DNA of 62,985 nt, the filler included, from Octopus bimaculoides (taxonomy: Eukaryota): assembly GCF_001194135.2 (NCBI RefSeq). It is 3 parts of 3 records of this genome, joined end to end, with 100 filler letters (N's around TTAATTAATTAA, not from the genome) between each part and the next. Parts side by side here need not be neighbours in the genome. Positions count along the whole stretch, not along the records: positions 1 to 29,696 come from NC_068981.1; positions 29,797 to 36,279 come from NC_068982.1; positions 36,380 to 62,985 come from NC_068989.1. One strand, written 5' to 3'. Shown here piece by piece: positions 24,178-38,625 of this stretch (positions are counted from its first letter, which is position 1; each line of letters starts with the position of its first letter). The notes under the pieces were generated by a model. The model was not told the DNA's origin. It searched no databases and was given only the letters and a program-made list of their open reading frames with translations. Made by a program: the position numbers and the translations under genes.

Positions 24178-26595
24178 TATATACATATAAGTATACACAC
24201 ACCAGTTTAATATAAAAATTTCTACGTAAAGGTACAAAAGGTTTAATGGGAAGCTTTCCAGAGAATTTAAGTTAAAACTCTCTTTAAAACTAACATAAGC
24301 GTCTGCAACTTCTTCAATATTGGATTACATCTGAGCACTGTATAATATCAAGGAAGATGATATGATATGAATATAAATTCTAATTATCCATTTGGGATCG
24401 TAGAAATTACCCAGTCAACAACATTATCCGCCGATCAAAAACTCTTCAGTTGCACAACACCTCATTAGGATAGTGCACTAAAACAAAGCACCTTCCAATT
24501 AAAACTAAAATACACAGAAAATATGGTTCAACTAACAAACTGTGGCATCGAGTATAGATATCAAAAAACCGTCTAACATTGGTAAATAAATATTTCTGTT
24601 TTATGCAGAACTGCCACGGTTTGTAGCCGTCTAAGAAACTTAAATGTCAATTACGGTTGCACGGGATCATCAGTACGTACATAGGTGTAATAAAATCTAT
24701 CTCACATATAAAGGTAAGAGAAACCGTTCACCTGATATTAATTTCTATAATTTAAGACGCTTTCCTCAATGGAAGTGACTAATTACCGACCTTAATTCAA
24801 GAATTCAATGTATCTTCGGCCTAAGGTAGCCAGAAAAATAACACAGGTGTAATTTTACTCACCATACCGTCTCTTTCATATCTAGAAATACATGAAACTC
24901 TACTGGATCATCATAATGTATTTAGATCCTGAAGGAAATGGGAATTGATACCACCAATACATGTCTCATGTTTCTGGCTGAAAAATATAACATATCTATT
25001 CGAAGTTTTGAGTGGAAAAACAAGAAAGGTTTTGTTTCAAAATGGAGGTTATGAATGAATCTTTGAAATTGCTTTTCATTTCATCCTACGATAAAGAATC
25101 TCCAAATACATAATTTTTATGTCTTTTTTTTTTTCAGAATTAACCCCCCACATCCATCTCCCCTGCTACCTCCTCCTCTGTTGTATGTCGTCCGAAACCC
25201 TATTTCTTGCAGTCTCCTCCACACTCTCCGTATTCTGTCATTAATTAATTATTTTCCATTCAAGACATCTAATTGTCTCTTCCGTCTTCATCGCCACCAA
25301 CTTATAAAGTTTTTACAATAACCATCTCTCCTTGTCACCTGATTCTTAATAATCTACGTAAGGATCAAAAGCAGTGGAATTAGCCTCGGATATTGTAGTG
25401 ATTGTGACAAGCCCAATATCCAAAAAATGATACTGACCTTTCCAAAGATAAACCATAGACCTTGGTCTCTCATGAAACATCTAAACTTCCATACAAACTC
25501 GCACAGCCCGTTGTTTGTCCCGTTCATTTCTAAATTCTTTCCTCAAACCCTAAACACAAACAATACTTACTTCCACAGTTCCCAAGTATTTGAAGAAATC
25601 GTTCTGAAAATCAGCAAAATATAAATCTAGTTTCATTATCATTTCATTTGTAAAAACTTCACACCCTCCCCCATCCACCTCCATTTCTAAAAAACCTGCT
25701 ACCTCCTCCACTAGAATGCTGCTCCCAAGAATATCGTTGTCCACAGTAGCATAATTTCTAAAAATTACTTTACACAACCCCGTCCTAGCAAGTCCTCACA
25801 CGGCCCCCTTCGTAGGAATTTTAATTATAATTCATTTCTGCCGTCCTTCTGGAATTTCAGCTTTTCTCCAGATGCAACACTTGTTAATACAATTCGTGTC
25901 ATGATTTCATAAACCTTTACCATCTTGAGCGCGATTCTACCTTCATAATTCTTTACTTAAAAAAAATATTTTTATTGCACTTTTCCAATTTCTTATGAAA
26001 GTCTCCAATATACTGCAGTAAATCCCGTTCCAACCGCCTCTTGTCGTTTGATATAGAGTTTCTCTTTCTTATCATCCATTGTTTCTATCGTGAGTAACCC
26101 GTGTCACGCTGAATTTCCCGGAGAACTACATTAAGGATACTCGTGTCTGCGGAGTACTCAGCCACTTCCACGTTAATTTCTTGAGCAGGCTGTTCCCTTG
26201 ATCGGATCAACTGGAACACTGGTCGTCGTAACCGACGGAGTGGTAGTTTTTGTACTTTACTGTGGACTGGAATAATTATAAACCTACCAGTAACTGTGAT
26301 AGTTTCCACCATTTCTGACGTGGCTAATAGTCTTCAACCATCCATGCAACGATGACGAAGTGAAGCAGGTTTTTGTGGTTGATGTTGTTTCTGTTTCTCT
26401 TGTCTTTATCGATGTTCAAACACAAGTTATTCATGGTCAAGGCATCCAATAATAAAGGTTTTCTAAAAGTAACGATCACATCTTTTACGTATATCAGGGA
26501 CTTCATTGTTCAGTATTTTGTGTTTATCTGAGCGAAGATTCAGCTTGTATTACTAGCTGGTAGAACCAAGGCATAAAGGGGTTCTAATTAGTTTC

Positions 26596-26792
26596 AAATA
26601 TTGGCACAAGGCCAGCAATTTCTGGGAAGAGGGTAAGTCGATTATATCAACTCCAGTGCGCAAATCGATCCCGAAAGGATGAAAGAAGACAAAGTCGACC
26701 TCTATGACATTCGAACTCAGAACATAAAGGCTTGCGAAATTCTGCTGAGCATTTTAACCGGCGCACTAACGTTTCTGCCAGCTCGCCGTCTC
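26596..26792 (-). mobile_element. SINE family B
   Basis: ggcacaaggccagcaattt..gatcccgaaaggatgaaag..cgaactcagaac..ctgccagctcgccgtct. Confidence 0.85.
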
Positions 26793-28420
26793 ACAAGGAG
26801 GGTCCTAAGTGACATTAGAATAAGCTTGTCTTATGATTAAATGGTAGCATTCTTGGACAGTTANNNNNNNNNNNNNNNNNNNNNNNNNNNNNNNNNNNNN
26901 NNNNNNNNNNNNNNNNNNNNNNNNNNNNNNNNNNNNNNNNNNNNNNNNNNNNNNNNNNNNNNNNNNNNNNNNNNNNNNNNNNNNNNNNNNNNNNNNNNNN
27001 NNNNNNNNNNNNNNNNNNNNNNNNNNNNNNNNNNNNNNNNNNNNNNNNNNNNNNNNNNNNNNNNNNNNNNNNNNNNNNNNNNNNNNNNNNNNNNNNNNNN
27101 NNNNNNNNNNNNNNNNNNNNNNNNNNNNNNNNNNNNNNNNNNNNNNNNNNNNNNNNNNNNNNNNNNNNNNNNNNNNNNNNNNNNNNNNNNNNNNNNNNNN
27201 NNNNNNNNNNNNNNNNNNNNNNNNNNNNNNNNNNNNNNNNNNNNNNNNNNNNNNNNNNNNNNNNNNNNNNNNNNNNNNNNNNNNNNNNNNNNNNNNNNNN
27301 NNNNNNNNNNNNNNNNNNNNNNNNNNNNNNNNNNNNNNNNNNNNNNNNNNNNNNNNNNNNNNNNNNNNNNNNNNNNNNNNNNNNNNNNNNNNNNNNNNNN
27401 NNNNNNNNNNNNNNNNNNNNNNNNNNNNNNNNNNNNNNNNNNNNNNNNNNNNNNNNNNNNNNNNNNNNNNNNNNNNNNNNNNNNNNNNNNNNNNNNNNNN
27501 NNNNNNNNNNNNNNNNNNNNNNNNNNNNNNNNNNNNNNNNNNNNNNNNNNNNNNNNNNNNNNNNNNNNNNNNNNNNNNNNNNNNNNNNNNNNNNNNNNNN
27601 NNNNNNNNNNNNNNNNNNNNNNNNNNNNNNNNNNNNNNNNNNNNNNNNNNNNNNNNNNNNNNNNNNNNNNNNNNNNNNNNNNNNNNNNNNNNNNNNNNNN
27701 NNNNNNNNNNNNNNNNNNNNNCCCCCCCCCCCGCATACACACACACATACAAATATACACGCTTGTAGACCTTGAACACAAATTTCAATTAAGCCTTTGG
27801 TATAAGATGAAATATGGTAGACAGGATATATGTCTATGTGTATGTGTGTGCGTATAGATATATACACATATATATATACATATACATATATATATANNNN
27901 NNNNNNNNNNNNNNNNNNNNNNNNNNNNNNNNNNNNNNNNNNNNNNNNNNNNNNNNNNNNNNNNNNNNNNNNNNNNNNNNNNNNNNNNNNNNNNNNNNNN
28001 NNNNNNNNNNNNNNNNNNNNNNNNNNNNNNNNNNNNNNNNNNNNNNNNNNNNNNNNNNNNNNNNNNNNNNNNNNNNNNNNNNNNNNNNNNNNNNNNNNNN
28101 NNNNNNNNNNNNNNNNNNNNNNNNNNNNNNNNNNNNNNNNNNNNNNNNNNNNNNNNNNNNNNNNNNNNNNNNNNNNNNNNNNNNNNNNNATGTATATATG
28201 TGTGGGTGTGTTAGTGTGTGTATATGTATATATGTATATGTGTGTGTATATAGATATATATAAAGCGAAGGATCGAAGAAGACTAACACACACGCACACA
28301 AACACTCACACACATTGTCTGACAGACGCAGGGACAAAAATTACATAAATACCAAACGTACACACATACACCGACAAACACTACACACGTACAGATACAC
28401 AGATATACTTACATGCATAA

Positions 28421-28451
<31 letters not shown>

Positions 28452-28672
28452 CATACACACACACACACATACACACACACACACATACACATATACACAC
28501 ACATATATATATATATATACATACAGATATATAAGTATATGTATGAATGTGTGATTTTGTATACGTATAGGTACATCCAAGCGCACGCTTACGGACACAT
28601 ATCTTGTTTTGCACCTGTCCCTTCTTCCTTTACTTCTCTATATTTGTGTATACACAAACACACACACATACA

Positions 28673-28710
<38 letters not shown>

Positions 28711-28739
28711 AATATGTTCCTGTATATATGTACACACAC

Positions 28740-28774
<35 letters not shown>

Positions 28775-29288
28775 TATAAATGATGCTGTTATATATTTTC
28801 GCTTCATTTAAATATATCCAACACTATCAATCTTCTTTTCGCTTATCTCACATATTTATACATATATGCGTGTGTACGTGCATGTGTGTGTCTGTGTGCG
28901 TATGCGTATGCATTTGTCTATGTATTTGTGTGCGTGTGAATGTGTGTGTTTGTGTATGCACACATGCAAACATATATATGCTTTTATATATCTGTACATT
29001 TATATATATATATGCGTTTATACATGTATTCTGTGTAGATAAAAACTGACACATATCTCATCCTTTATAGAAAACTGTCAATGATAGGTAGATAAAGATC
29101 CTGGTATCACCTGACCCCCTCATCTAATAAATAAACTCTTCCACACATCACCTATTCCTCCCCCGACGCTTTCTCCCTCTCCACCAATTCTTCGACTCCC
29201 CTTCCTCCTACCACCTCGCTTTTCCCTCCCTCATCGCTCAACAGACTTCTGCACCTGTTAATCAACATCTTCCCCAAACTCTTTATTC

Positions 29289-29696
29289 TTTTCTACTCTA
29301 GTCACAAGGCTCGAAATTTTGGGTGAGGGAGCCAGTCGATTAGATCGACTCCAGTACGCAACTGGTACTTAACTTATCGACCTCGAAAAGATGAAAGGCA
29401 AAGTCGACCTCCGCGGAATTTGAACTCTGAACGTAAAGACAGACGAAATACCGCCAAGCATTTCGCCCAGCGTGCTAACGTTTCTTTTTTTTTTATTGCC
29501 CTCAAGGGGCTAAACACAAAGGGGGAAAACAAGGACAGACAAAGGGATTAAGTCGATTACATCGACCCCAGTGCGTAACTGGTACATTATTTATCGACCT
29601 CGAAAAGATGAAAGGCAAAGTCGACCTCGGCGGAATTTGAACTCAGAACGTAAAGACAGACAAAATACCGCTAAGCATTTTGCCCAGCGTGCTAAC
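29289..29696 (-). mobile_element. two SINE family B copies head-to-tail, with different 3' tails
   Basis: Copy 29289-29485 has the usual tail. Copy 29486-29696 ends in ttaatccctttgtctgtccttgttttccccc..gccccttgagggcaataaaaaaa. Confidence 0.85.
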
Positions 29697-29840
29697 NNNN
29701 NNNNNNNNNNNNNNNNNNNNNNNNNNNNNNNNNNNNNNNNTTAATTAATTAANNNNNNNNNNNNNNNNNNNNNNNNNNNNNNNNNNNNNNNNNNNNTAAC
29801 AATATGGCTTTTTGACAACACCAGCAGCAGCTACAACAAT

Positions 29841-29874
<34 letters not shown>

Positions 29875-29883
29875 GCAACAACA

Positions 29884-29914
<31 letters not shown>

Positions 29915-31025
29915 GAACTGGATGTATCGACATGCACTAAAGTAAAGACATACTGTCAATGAATGAATTAGTCTGTTCTATTTTGAAGCACATCTAATTG
30001 TTGTATGGACATGGTGAGTGTGAGTATGTGCATCTGTGTTTATATGTGTGTGTGTATGTGTGTGTCTCTATATGTGTGTGTATATAGACGTGTATGTGAG
30101 TGTATGTGGATGTGTGCGTATGTGGGCCTTATGTATGACTATAGTTATTTTCTCCAAGATCCATCTATATTTAAAGACACCTCAGCCATTAGCAAAATCA
30201 GAATATTCCATCGGACTGAAACAGCATACATCGACATAACAACACAAAACATACACAAGACATACATCCATACATACACACATACGCGCACATACAAACA
30301 CATGTACAACACACACGCAAACACTTAGATAAGGAAATATAAAGATACGAAAACACATTTGCATATGCATATATATATATATATATATANNNNNNNNNNN
30401 NNNNNNNNNNNNNNNNNNNNNNNNNNNNNNNNNNNNNNNNNNNNNNNNNNNNNNNNNNNNNNNNNNNNNNNNNNNNNNNNNNNNNNNNNNNNNNNNNNNN
30501 NNNNNNNNNNNNNNNNNNNNNNNNNNNNNNNNNNNNNNNNNNNNNNNNNNNNNNNNNNNNNNNNNNNNNNNNNNNNNNNNNNNNNNNNNNNNNNNNNNNN
30601 NNNNNNNNNNNNNNNNNNNNNNNNNNNNNNNNNNNNNNNNNNNNNNNNNNNNNNNNNNNNNNNNNNNNNNNNNNNNNNNNNNNNNNNNNNNNNNNNNNNN
30701 NNNNNNNNNNNNNNNNNNNNNNNNNNNNNNNNNNNNNNNNNNNNNNNNNNNNNNNNNNNNNNNNNNNNNNNNNNNNNNNNNNNNNNNNNNNNNNNNNNNN
30801 NNNNNNNNNNNNNNNNNNNNNNNNNNNNNNNNNNNNNNNNNNNNNNNNNNNNNNNNNNNNNNNNNNNNNNNNNNNNNNNNNNNNNNNNNNNNNNNNNNNN
30901 NNNNNNNNNNNNNNNNNNNNNNNNNNNNNNNNNNNNNNNNNNNNNNNNNNNNNNNNNNNNNNNNNNNNNNNNNNNNNNNNNNNNNNNNNNNNNNNNNNNN
31001 NNNNNNNNNNNNNNNNNNNNNNNNN

Positions 31026-31072
<47 letters not shown>

Positions 31073-31899
31073 TGCATATATACATAAAAATCATGCATAC
31101 ATACATATACATACATATATATGTGTGTGTGTATATGTAATGAAAAACACACACATATATCGACGCATATATACGGACAAAGACACACACACACACAGAC
31201 ACGCATGTGTACATATGTAAACTTTTGGGACACTTAAGTAACTAATCTTCCTCAGCACCAATCTTTAGCATTTTGTCGTCACAAAAAGCAAAAAATGTAA
31301 AAAATATGTAAAAGACTACTCAATTTTTGCCGCAGCATGTACTCATGTACACAGACAGACATATTAGCTTAATATGTATGTCTACAGTCAAAACATACAA
31401 ATTCATATACGCCCAGACATGTATATAAGCGTGCACCTAACTTTTAACATGTGTACATCCATCCATCTACCATCCATCCATCCATCCATCCATCCATCCA
31501 TACATACATACATACATACATACATAATTACTAGTGTAGTAATTATGTAATTAACCAACTGCTTAAGCACCAATGTTGAGAAATTAGGGACTTCAAAACC
31601 AGAAGAGGAAGCTACTTTGAAAACTACAGATACAAGCCATCATTGGAACTGTAAAAATGTGTAAAACTTTCCAAAAGGTTAGCACATATATGTACGAGTA
31701 TACATAAAACAAAAACATACATTGGCTACGAATATAGAAATAAAACTAAACATACATACATATGTACGTAGGTACATACATACATATGTACGCAGGTACG
31801 TAGTACATACATGCATACATACTCTGACCTGGATCTACGAGTGGAAAAACTGCATAACCATGCATAACGCAAAATCATTATGCATGGTTATGTTTCGCG

Positions 31900-32631
31900 T
31901 AACTTTGAAGATGCTGCTGATATTGACATAAAGGGTAGCCCATCTGGGACTCGCAACCGTTACATCACGTCACATTTCGATGATGACGTTTTTGTAGTTC
32001 AAGGTCAAGAGATAACTACGAAATACATAATGAACAAAGGAGACAGTGAAGTCCTTAAACCCCTATGGTGCAACCAGAAATGTCGGTTATGTCCCTCTCC
32101 TGTAGAAGACATTACACATGTAATTAGTAACTGGCCCATAATGTCATGGAGGCCCAATAACTCCATGGCCCAATATTCTCATATCCAATTCCCATTGGAT
32201 ATAAGATTATTGCTAAAAGAATATGAATTGCTATCCGTAAGAAAGACTGGCCTGAGACGAATATAAACAACGCCTCTTTTATCAATTACATACATAATAA
32301 CACAAGGAATTTGGCAAACGCAAACAATAAGAGATCTAATATTTGTTTGGGAGAAAAAAGAATAAAAAAGCCTACAATTCTGATAATTTCTTCCAAAGAT
32401 AATTAGAAAATAATATTTATGGACAACTGCTTCAAAACCTGCAGTTTTGCTATCCTGATTATAAATTCGCATTTATACCAATAATCATTAGTGCATTTGG
32501 TTTTGTTAATAAATCTGGGAAAGCTTGGATTTTTGAGCAAAGAAAGTGACCAGTTAACATATTTTTCACAAATAAAATTTTGTAAGCGGAATAGTAAAAA
32601 TATACAAGACTTTTAAAAATTCAACAAATAA
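31900..32631 (+). pseudogene. R4/Dong-like non-LTR retrotransposon 3' fragment (zinc knuckle + RLE)
   Basis: ITSHFDDDVFVVQGQEITTKYIMNK..KCRLCPSPVEDITHVISNWP (degenerate CCHC)..IAKRI*IAIRKKDWPD..NIYGQLLQNLQFCYPDYKFAFIPIIISAFGFV. Confidence 0.8.
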
Positions 32632-32789
32632 TGTGTAATTTTAATCAGAAACTTCCAACGATGGAGCCTTGTTTCTCTGGAAGAAAGTAGCTCCTTCGTT
32701 GTGGGAAGAATTCAAATTCTAAAAAGGAAATGAAGCACATCCATAGAATGTGTCAACGTGGAAGATACCATTCACATCATCACTAGCTA

Positions 32790-33645
<856 letters not shown>

Positions 33646-33834
33646 GTTGTTGTTGCTTTGTTTTAGCGAGCTGCTCTCATCTAGTGACCTCCAGTAACAA
33701 CAAGTTTTGACGTTTTACCGTGGGTGTTATTTACACGATTAGCAATTGATGTGTTGCCAGGGACTGCAACAAATTCTGTGAAAAAAAAAATGATTCTGCA
33801 AAAAATATTTGCGATTTTGAAAGAGTTTTTAAAA

Positions 33835-33905
33835 AGATCAGGATATTCCTGAGTTGACAAGCTTCGTCTTAGGATGCGGACAGTACCCATGAGAACAATT
33901 TTTGT
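33835..33905 (-). pseudogene. C-terminal tip of an R4/Dong-like ORF
   Basis: KIVLMGTVRILRRSLST resembles the terminal K.A.LGTARILRR.L motif. Very short. Confidence 0.45.
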
Positions 33906-35746
33906 TGTTGTTGTTGTTCTGATAGTTTTTGGGCTCGCTGGTATTTGACCAAATTGTTTAAGAGTGCCATTTCGTATTATCATTTGTCTCTTCTTCATTA
34001 AGTCCGCACGTGTCCCCATTCCTATCACGAACACACGCCGCATACGCTCACCCTCCCTCCCCTTTCTGTGTCCTCTCCCCATTTTCATCCACTTTCCCCA
34101 CTTCCTCATCTTCCTTCACTTCCTCTTTTCCGTCTTCCTCCTACTTCAACCTAAGGTTTATTGCTAATCCCTGCCTATATTAAACCATTTAAGTTGATTG
34201 ACGCTTACTTAATCCATCTAATTTCCTTCAGAAGCCTTAAGCAAAACACACACACACACATATACATTCACACATACACCCCCACACATAGACCCAGAGG
34301 CCATCAGCACAATTATACACACACAGACACGTACGCATGCGCATACACACACAAAACATTCGTGCATATACATATCAGGGAGTATATTGTTATTAGAATA
34401 CATAGTCATGTATGCATGTGTGTATGTGTGCGTGTATGTATGTATGTATGTATGTATGTATGTATGTATGTATGTGTGTGTGCGTGCGTGCGTGTTTGTG
34501 TATGTGTCCGTGTTACACACACGTTATACACGTTAAAGTTAACCGCACAATATACATAGAGACACATGCATAAATACATACATACAAATATACACATATA
34601 AATATATACATTCATAGACGTTTACACATACATACGCACATGCACATGTACACATACATACGTACGCACATATATAGTTGCATACATATACATCCATACA
34701 CACATGCAATCATGCTTATATATATATATAGATGTACACAAATACATACACATGTACATGCATGTACGTATATACATAAATGCACACAAATACATACATA
34801 CACANNNNNNNNNNNNNNNNNNNNNNNNNNNNNNNNNNNNNNNNNNNNNNNNNNNNNNNNNNNNNNNNNNNNNNNNNNNNNNNNNNNNNNNNNNNNNNNN
34901 NNNNNNNNNNNNNNNNNNNNNNNNNNNNNNNNNNNNNNNNNNNNNNNNNNNNNNNNNNNNNNNNNNNNNNNNNNNNNNNNNNNNNNNNNNNNNNNNNNNN
35001 NNNNNNNNNNNNNNNNNNNNNNNNNNNNNNNNNNNNNNNNNNNNNNNNNNNNNNNNNNNNNNNNNNNNNNNNNNNNNNNNNNNNNNNNNNNNNNNNNNNN
35101 NNNNNNNNNNNNNNNNNNNNNNNNNNNNNNNNNNNNNNNNNNNNNNNNNNNNNNNNNNNNNNNNNNNNNNNNNNNNNNNNNNNNNNNNNNNNNNNNNNNN
35201 NNNNNNNNNNNNNNNNNNNNNNNNNNNNNNNNNNNNNNNNNNNNNNNNNNNNNNNNNNNNNNNNNNNNNNNNNNNNNNNNNNNNNNNNNNNNNNNNNNNN
35301 NNNNNNNNNNNNNNNNNNNNNNNNNNNNNNNNNNNNNNNNNNNNNNNNNNNNNNNNNNNNNNNNNNNNNNNNNNNNNNNNNNNNNNNNNNNNNNNNNNNN
35401 NNNNNNNNNNNNNNNNNNNNNNNNNNNNNNNNNNNNNNNNNNNNNNNNNNNNNNNNNNNNNNNNNNNNNNNNNNNNNNNNNNNNNNNNNNNNNNNNNNNN
35501 NNNNNNNNNNNNNNNNNNNNNNNNNNNNNNNNNNNNNNNNNNNNNNNNNNNNNNNNNNNNNNNNNNNNNNNNNNNNNNNNNNNNNNNNNNNNNNNNNNNN
35601 NNNNNNNNNNNNNNNNNNNNNNNNNNNNNNNNNNNNNNNNNNNNNNNNNNNNNNNNNNNNNNNNNNNNNNNNNNNNNNNNNNNNNNNNNNNNNNNNNNNN
35701 NNNNNNNNNNNNNNNNNNNNNNNNNNNNNNNNNNNNNNNNNNNNNN

Positions 35747-35804
<58 letters not shown>

Positions 35805-36379
35805 CTGTGCGGAAACTTGTCGAATGAATTGTACTATAAGTTCAGTGTATCAGATCTGTCAAATTTTATGTCCCACTGACTGATGATTACATTTGCTATA
35901 CTCATGTAGTCGATCGAACTACTGAATCCTCGTCGTAGTACGACGGAGGATCCACCATTGCAGTTTTATACACAGCTTTGCTACCAACATGTGTGTAAAA
36001 CACATCTTTAGTCGTATACATATCAATGAGACATGGTAATTAACAGCATTAATTAATGGAATAATACAAGCACCTCCAGCATCACAAGCATTAACCTGAT
36101 CACACTATCGTTGGAATCTAAATCATCATCATCATCCTCATCATCATCATCATCCTCATCATCATCATTATCATCATCATCATTATCATCATCATCACAA
36201 ATATGTTCATATATTCACACAACTACCACCACCACCACCACCACCTCCAACACTGAAACCGCCGCCGCCCCCTCCGCCCNNNNNNNNNNNNNNNNNNNNN
36301 NNNNNNNNNNNNNNNNNNNNNNNTTAATTAATTAANNNNNNNNNNNNNNNNNNNNNNNNNNNNNNNNNNNNNNNNNNNN

Positions 36380-36457
<78 letters not shown>

Positions 36458-36529
36458 CCATCTGTGTATGTGCATCTGAGCATACATATATGTACTCATG
36501 TAGTTATGTTTTTGTATCCATGTATATCT

Positions 36530-37017
36530 GTAAATGGTAATGTATACATGCATAGGCATGTATATTGGAGTTCTTATAACTACTTATATGGTTTTATATA
36601 CTTTTTGTAGGCTTTTTTATGTGCATTATATTTTTATTTTTTATTTTTATTCTTATTTTATATTTGTATTAAAATTTGGCAAAATTCATGAATTGAATTT
36701 TGTAAATCTCTGAAGAGGCCTAGCGAATCATGTATGTACCCTCATTATATCATTTTCATCTACTAATTACTCCAGCGTACAGGAGCTATATAGATAGAAT
36801 GGGGCATGCTAACGCTAGGCCGAAACAGCTGTAAGGTTTTGTTCCTTCTCCAATTGCTAAATGTCCTTTAAATCTGAAATCTTATTTGTTGATATGACAT
36901 GGTATGTCATAAGTGTCTGTATATTGTGTTTTTTGTCAATTTAGTTATAAAATAAACACTAATCAACGGAATGTCTGCAAGTTGATGAGTACCTCATATT
37001 CCCCTCCATTTTCTTAT
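36530..37017 (+). mobile_element. HHR-bearing pLTR-like non-autonomous element, copy 2
   Basis: HHR at 36704-36839. The 3' end ggaatgtctgcaagttgatgagtacctcatattcccctccattttcttat matches copy 1 at 5401. The 5' boundary is uncertain. Confidence 0.55.
36704..36839 (+). ncRNA. type I hammerhead ribozyme, apparently intact, 87-nt stem-II insert
   Basis: AAAUCU-CUGAAGA-GGCCUAGCG-(87 nt)-CGCUAGGCC-GAAAC-AGCU-GUA-AGGUUU: 6-bp stem I, perfect 9-bp stem II, palindromic stem III ACAGCUGU, GUA triplet. Confidence 0.8.
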
Positions 37018-37019
37018 TG

Positions 37020-37054
<35 letters not shown>

Positions 37055-37060
37055 TTATTC

Positions 37061-37416
37061 TTTTACTTTTTTCAGTCATTTGACTGCGGCCATGGTGGAG
37101 CACCGCCTTATATACATGTATGGTCGACCAAAGCCTTGTGAGTGGATTTGGCAGACGGAAACTGAAAGATACCGTTGTCTGCGGATATATGTATATGTGT
37201 GAGCGTGTGTCTTTGCTTCTCTGTTTGTTCCATACCACAGCGCGACAAGCGGTGTTGGTGTCTTCACGTTGCCGTAGCCGAACGGTTCGGCAAAAGGAGC
37301 CGACAGAATAAGTACCAGGCCTTAAAGAGAAAATAAGTCCTGGGGTCGAATAGTTCACCTAAATTTCCTCAAGGCGGTGCACCAGCATGGCCGCAGTCTA
37401 ATGACTGAAACAAGTA
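37061..37416 (+). mobile_element. SINE family C, 5'-truncated, preceded by an inverted copy of its 3' tail
   Basis: 37061-37109 is the reverse complement of the tail found at 37370-37416. The plus-strand body starts at about 37121 (gtcgaccaaagccttgtgagtggatttgg). Confidence 0.8.
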
Positions 37417-37425
37417 TATGATACA

Positions 37426-37483
<58 letters not shown>

Positions 37484-37602
37484 CTAATTAAAAGGATGGC
37501 GTATTAGCAATTAGAGCCTAAAGGTAAAATTAATACCCTCCGTCACTTTTGTGACCTCTCTCACTCATTCTCCCCCTCTCTCTTTCTCCCCCCTCTCTCT
37601 CG

Positions 37603-37650
<48 letters not shown>

Positions 37651-38582
37651 AAATAATATACAATCACCCGATCCCCAGTAGCCGGCTGTGAAGATGCAAC
37701 CGTCTAATTTGTAGAGTCTCATCTGCCATTTTGAAATTCACTTCTTATTACATTAAAGGCTTTTATTTGCATAAAACATCTAATTAGGCAAACTGTAGTT
37801 AAACATTCAGAAACACATTAATTCTCATCACGTGAATTTAAAAAACAAAACAAAAAAAAACTTGAAAGTTATGCAATACACTTGCATTCATAGATAGAAG
37901 CATATATACCCCACCTGCCCCTACCTCTCTCTCACTGTCATACAGCTTGATGCACATACTTACACACACATTTGTTCTTCTATCAAGATTTCATAGCACA
38001 CTGAAACAGCTAAAATTGTACGCATGCGCTTCTACACACATACGCGTATGTCCACAAATATATTCACGTACATGTACATATTCTGAAATTCACTCACACT
38101 CACGCACGCACACATATACATAGCTAAATACACATATACATGCACAACATCAACAAGACATGCTAATACAGACGGGGGGCTAAGTTCAACAGTAAGAAGC
38201 AATTAATCAAACACAGATGAAGTAAGTTGCCGAGAAAAATAAATGTGTTTTGTTACTTTCTTCTGTATTTCGTGTAAATAGTAGGTTAGTTGTATAATGA
38301 ATAATGGAATAGATTTGACGCACGCACAAGAGTATGTCTGGCAACACATGGAGGACACGGTCATTGCGCTACGGAAGTAAACAACACCGCACTAGATCCT
38401 TTGTGGTAACCAGTACAAGATGACATATCATGATAGATAGTTCCTGATGTCAGCAACTTGCCATTAAGGCAAACGTTTTCGAAAAGGAAAAAAAGGACTG
38501 GACGAAGAAAATGGGAACGCACACTCTCACACGTACTCACACCCGCATACATATATCGTGTGCATCGTGTGCGTGCGTCTCC

Positions 38583-38625
<43 letters not shown>

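Noticed and set aside
24240-26520. Long microsatellite-free segment with short minus-strand ORFs
   Set aside because: Possibly a very old LINE, but I could not recognise any motif; blastx would be needed.
29741-29752. TTAATTAATTAA island between N runs (identical at 36324-36335)
   Set aside because: An identical 12-mer with stops in all frames, centred in ~100-bp gaps, is a scaffolding spacer rather than biology.
38360-38385. ETS/FOX-like cggaagtaaaca, and YY1-like cgccatttt motifs at 3835, 18605 and 53590
   Set aside because: Short motifs are expected by chance in 63 kb; there is no transcript or CpG-island support for a promoter.
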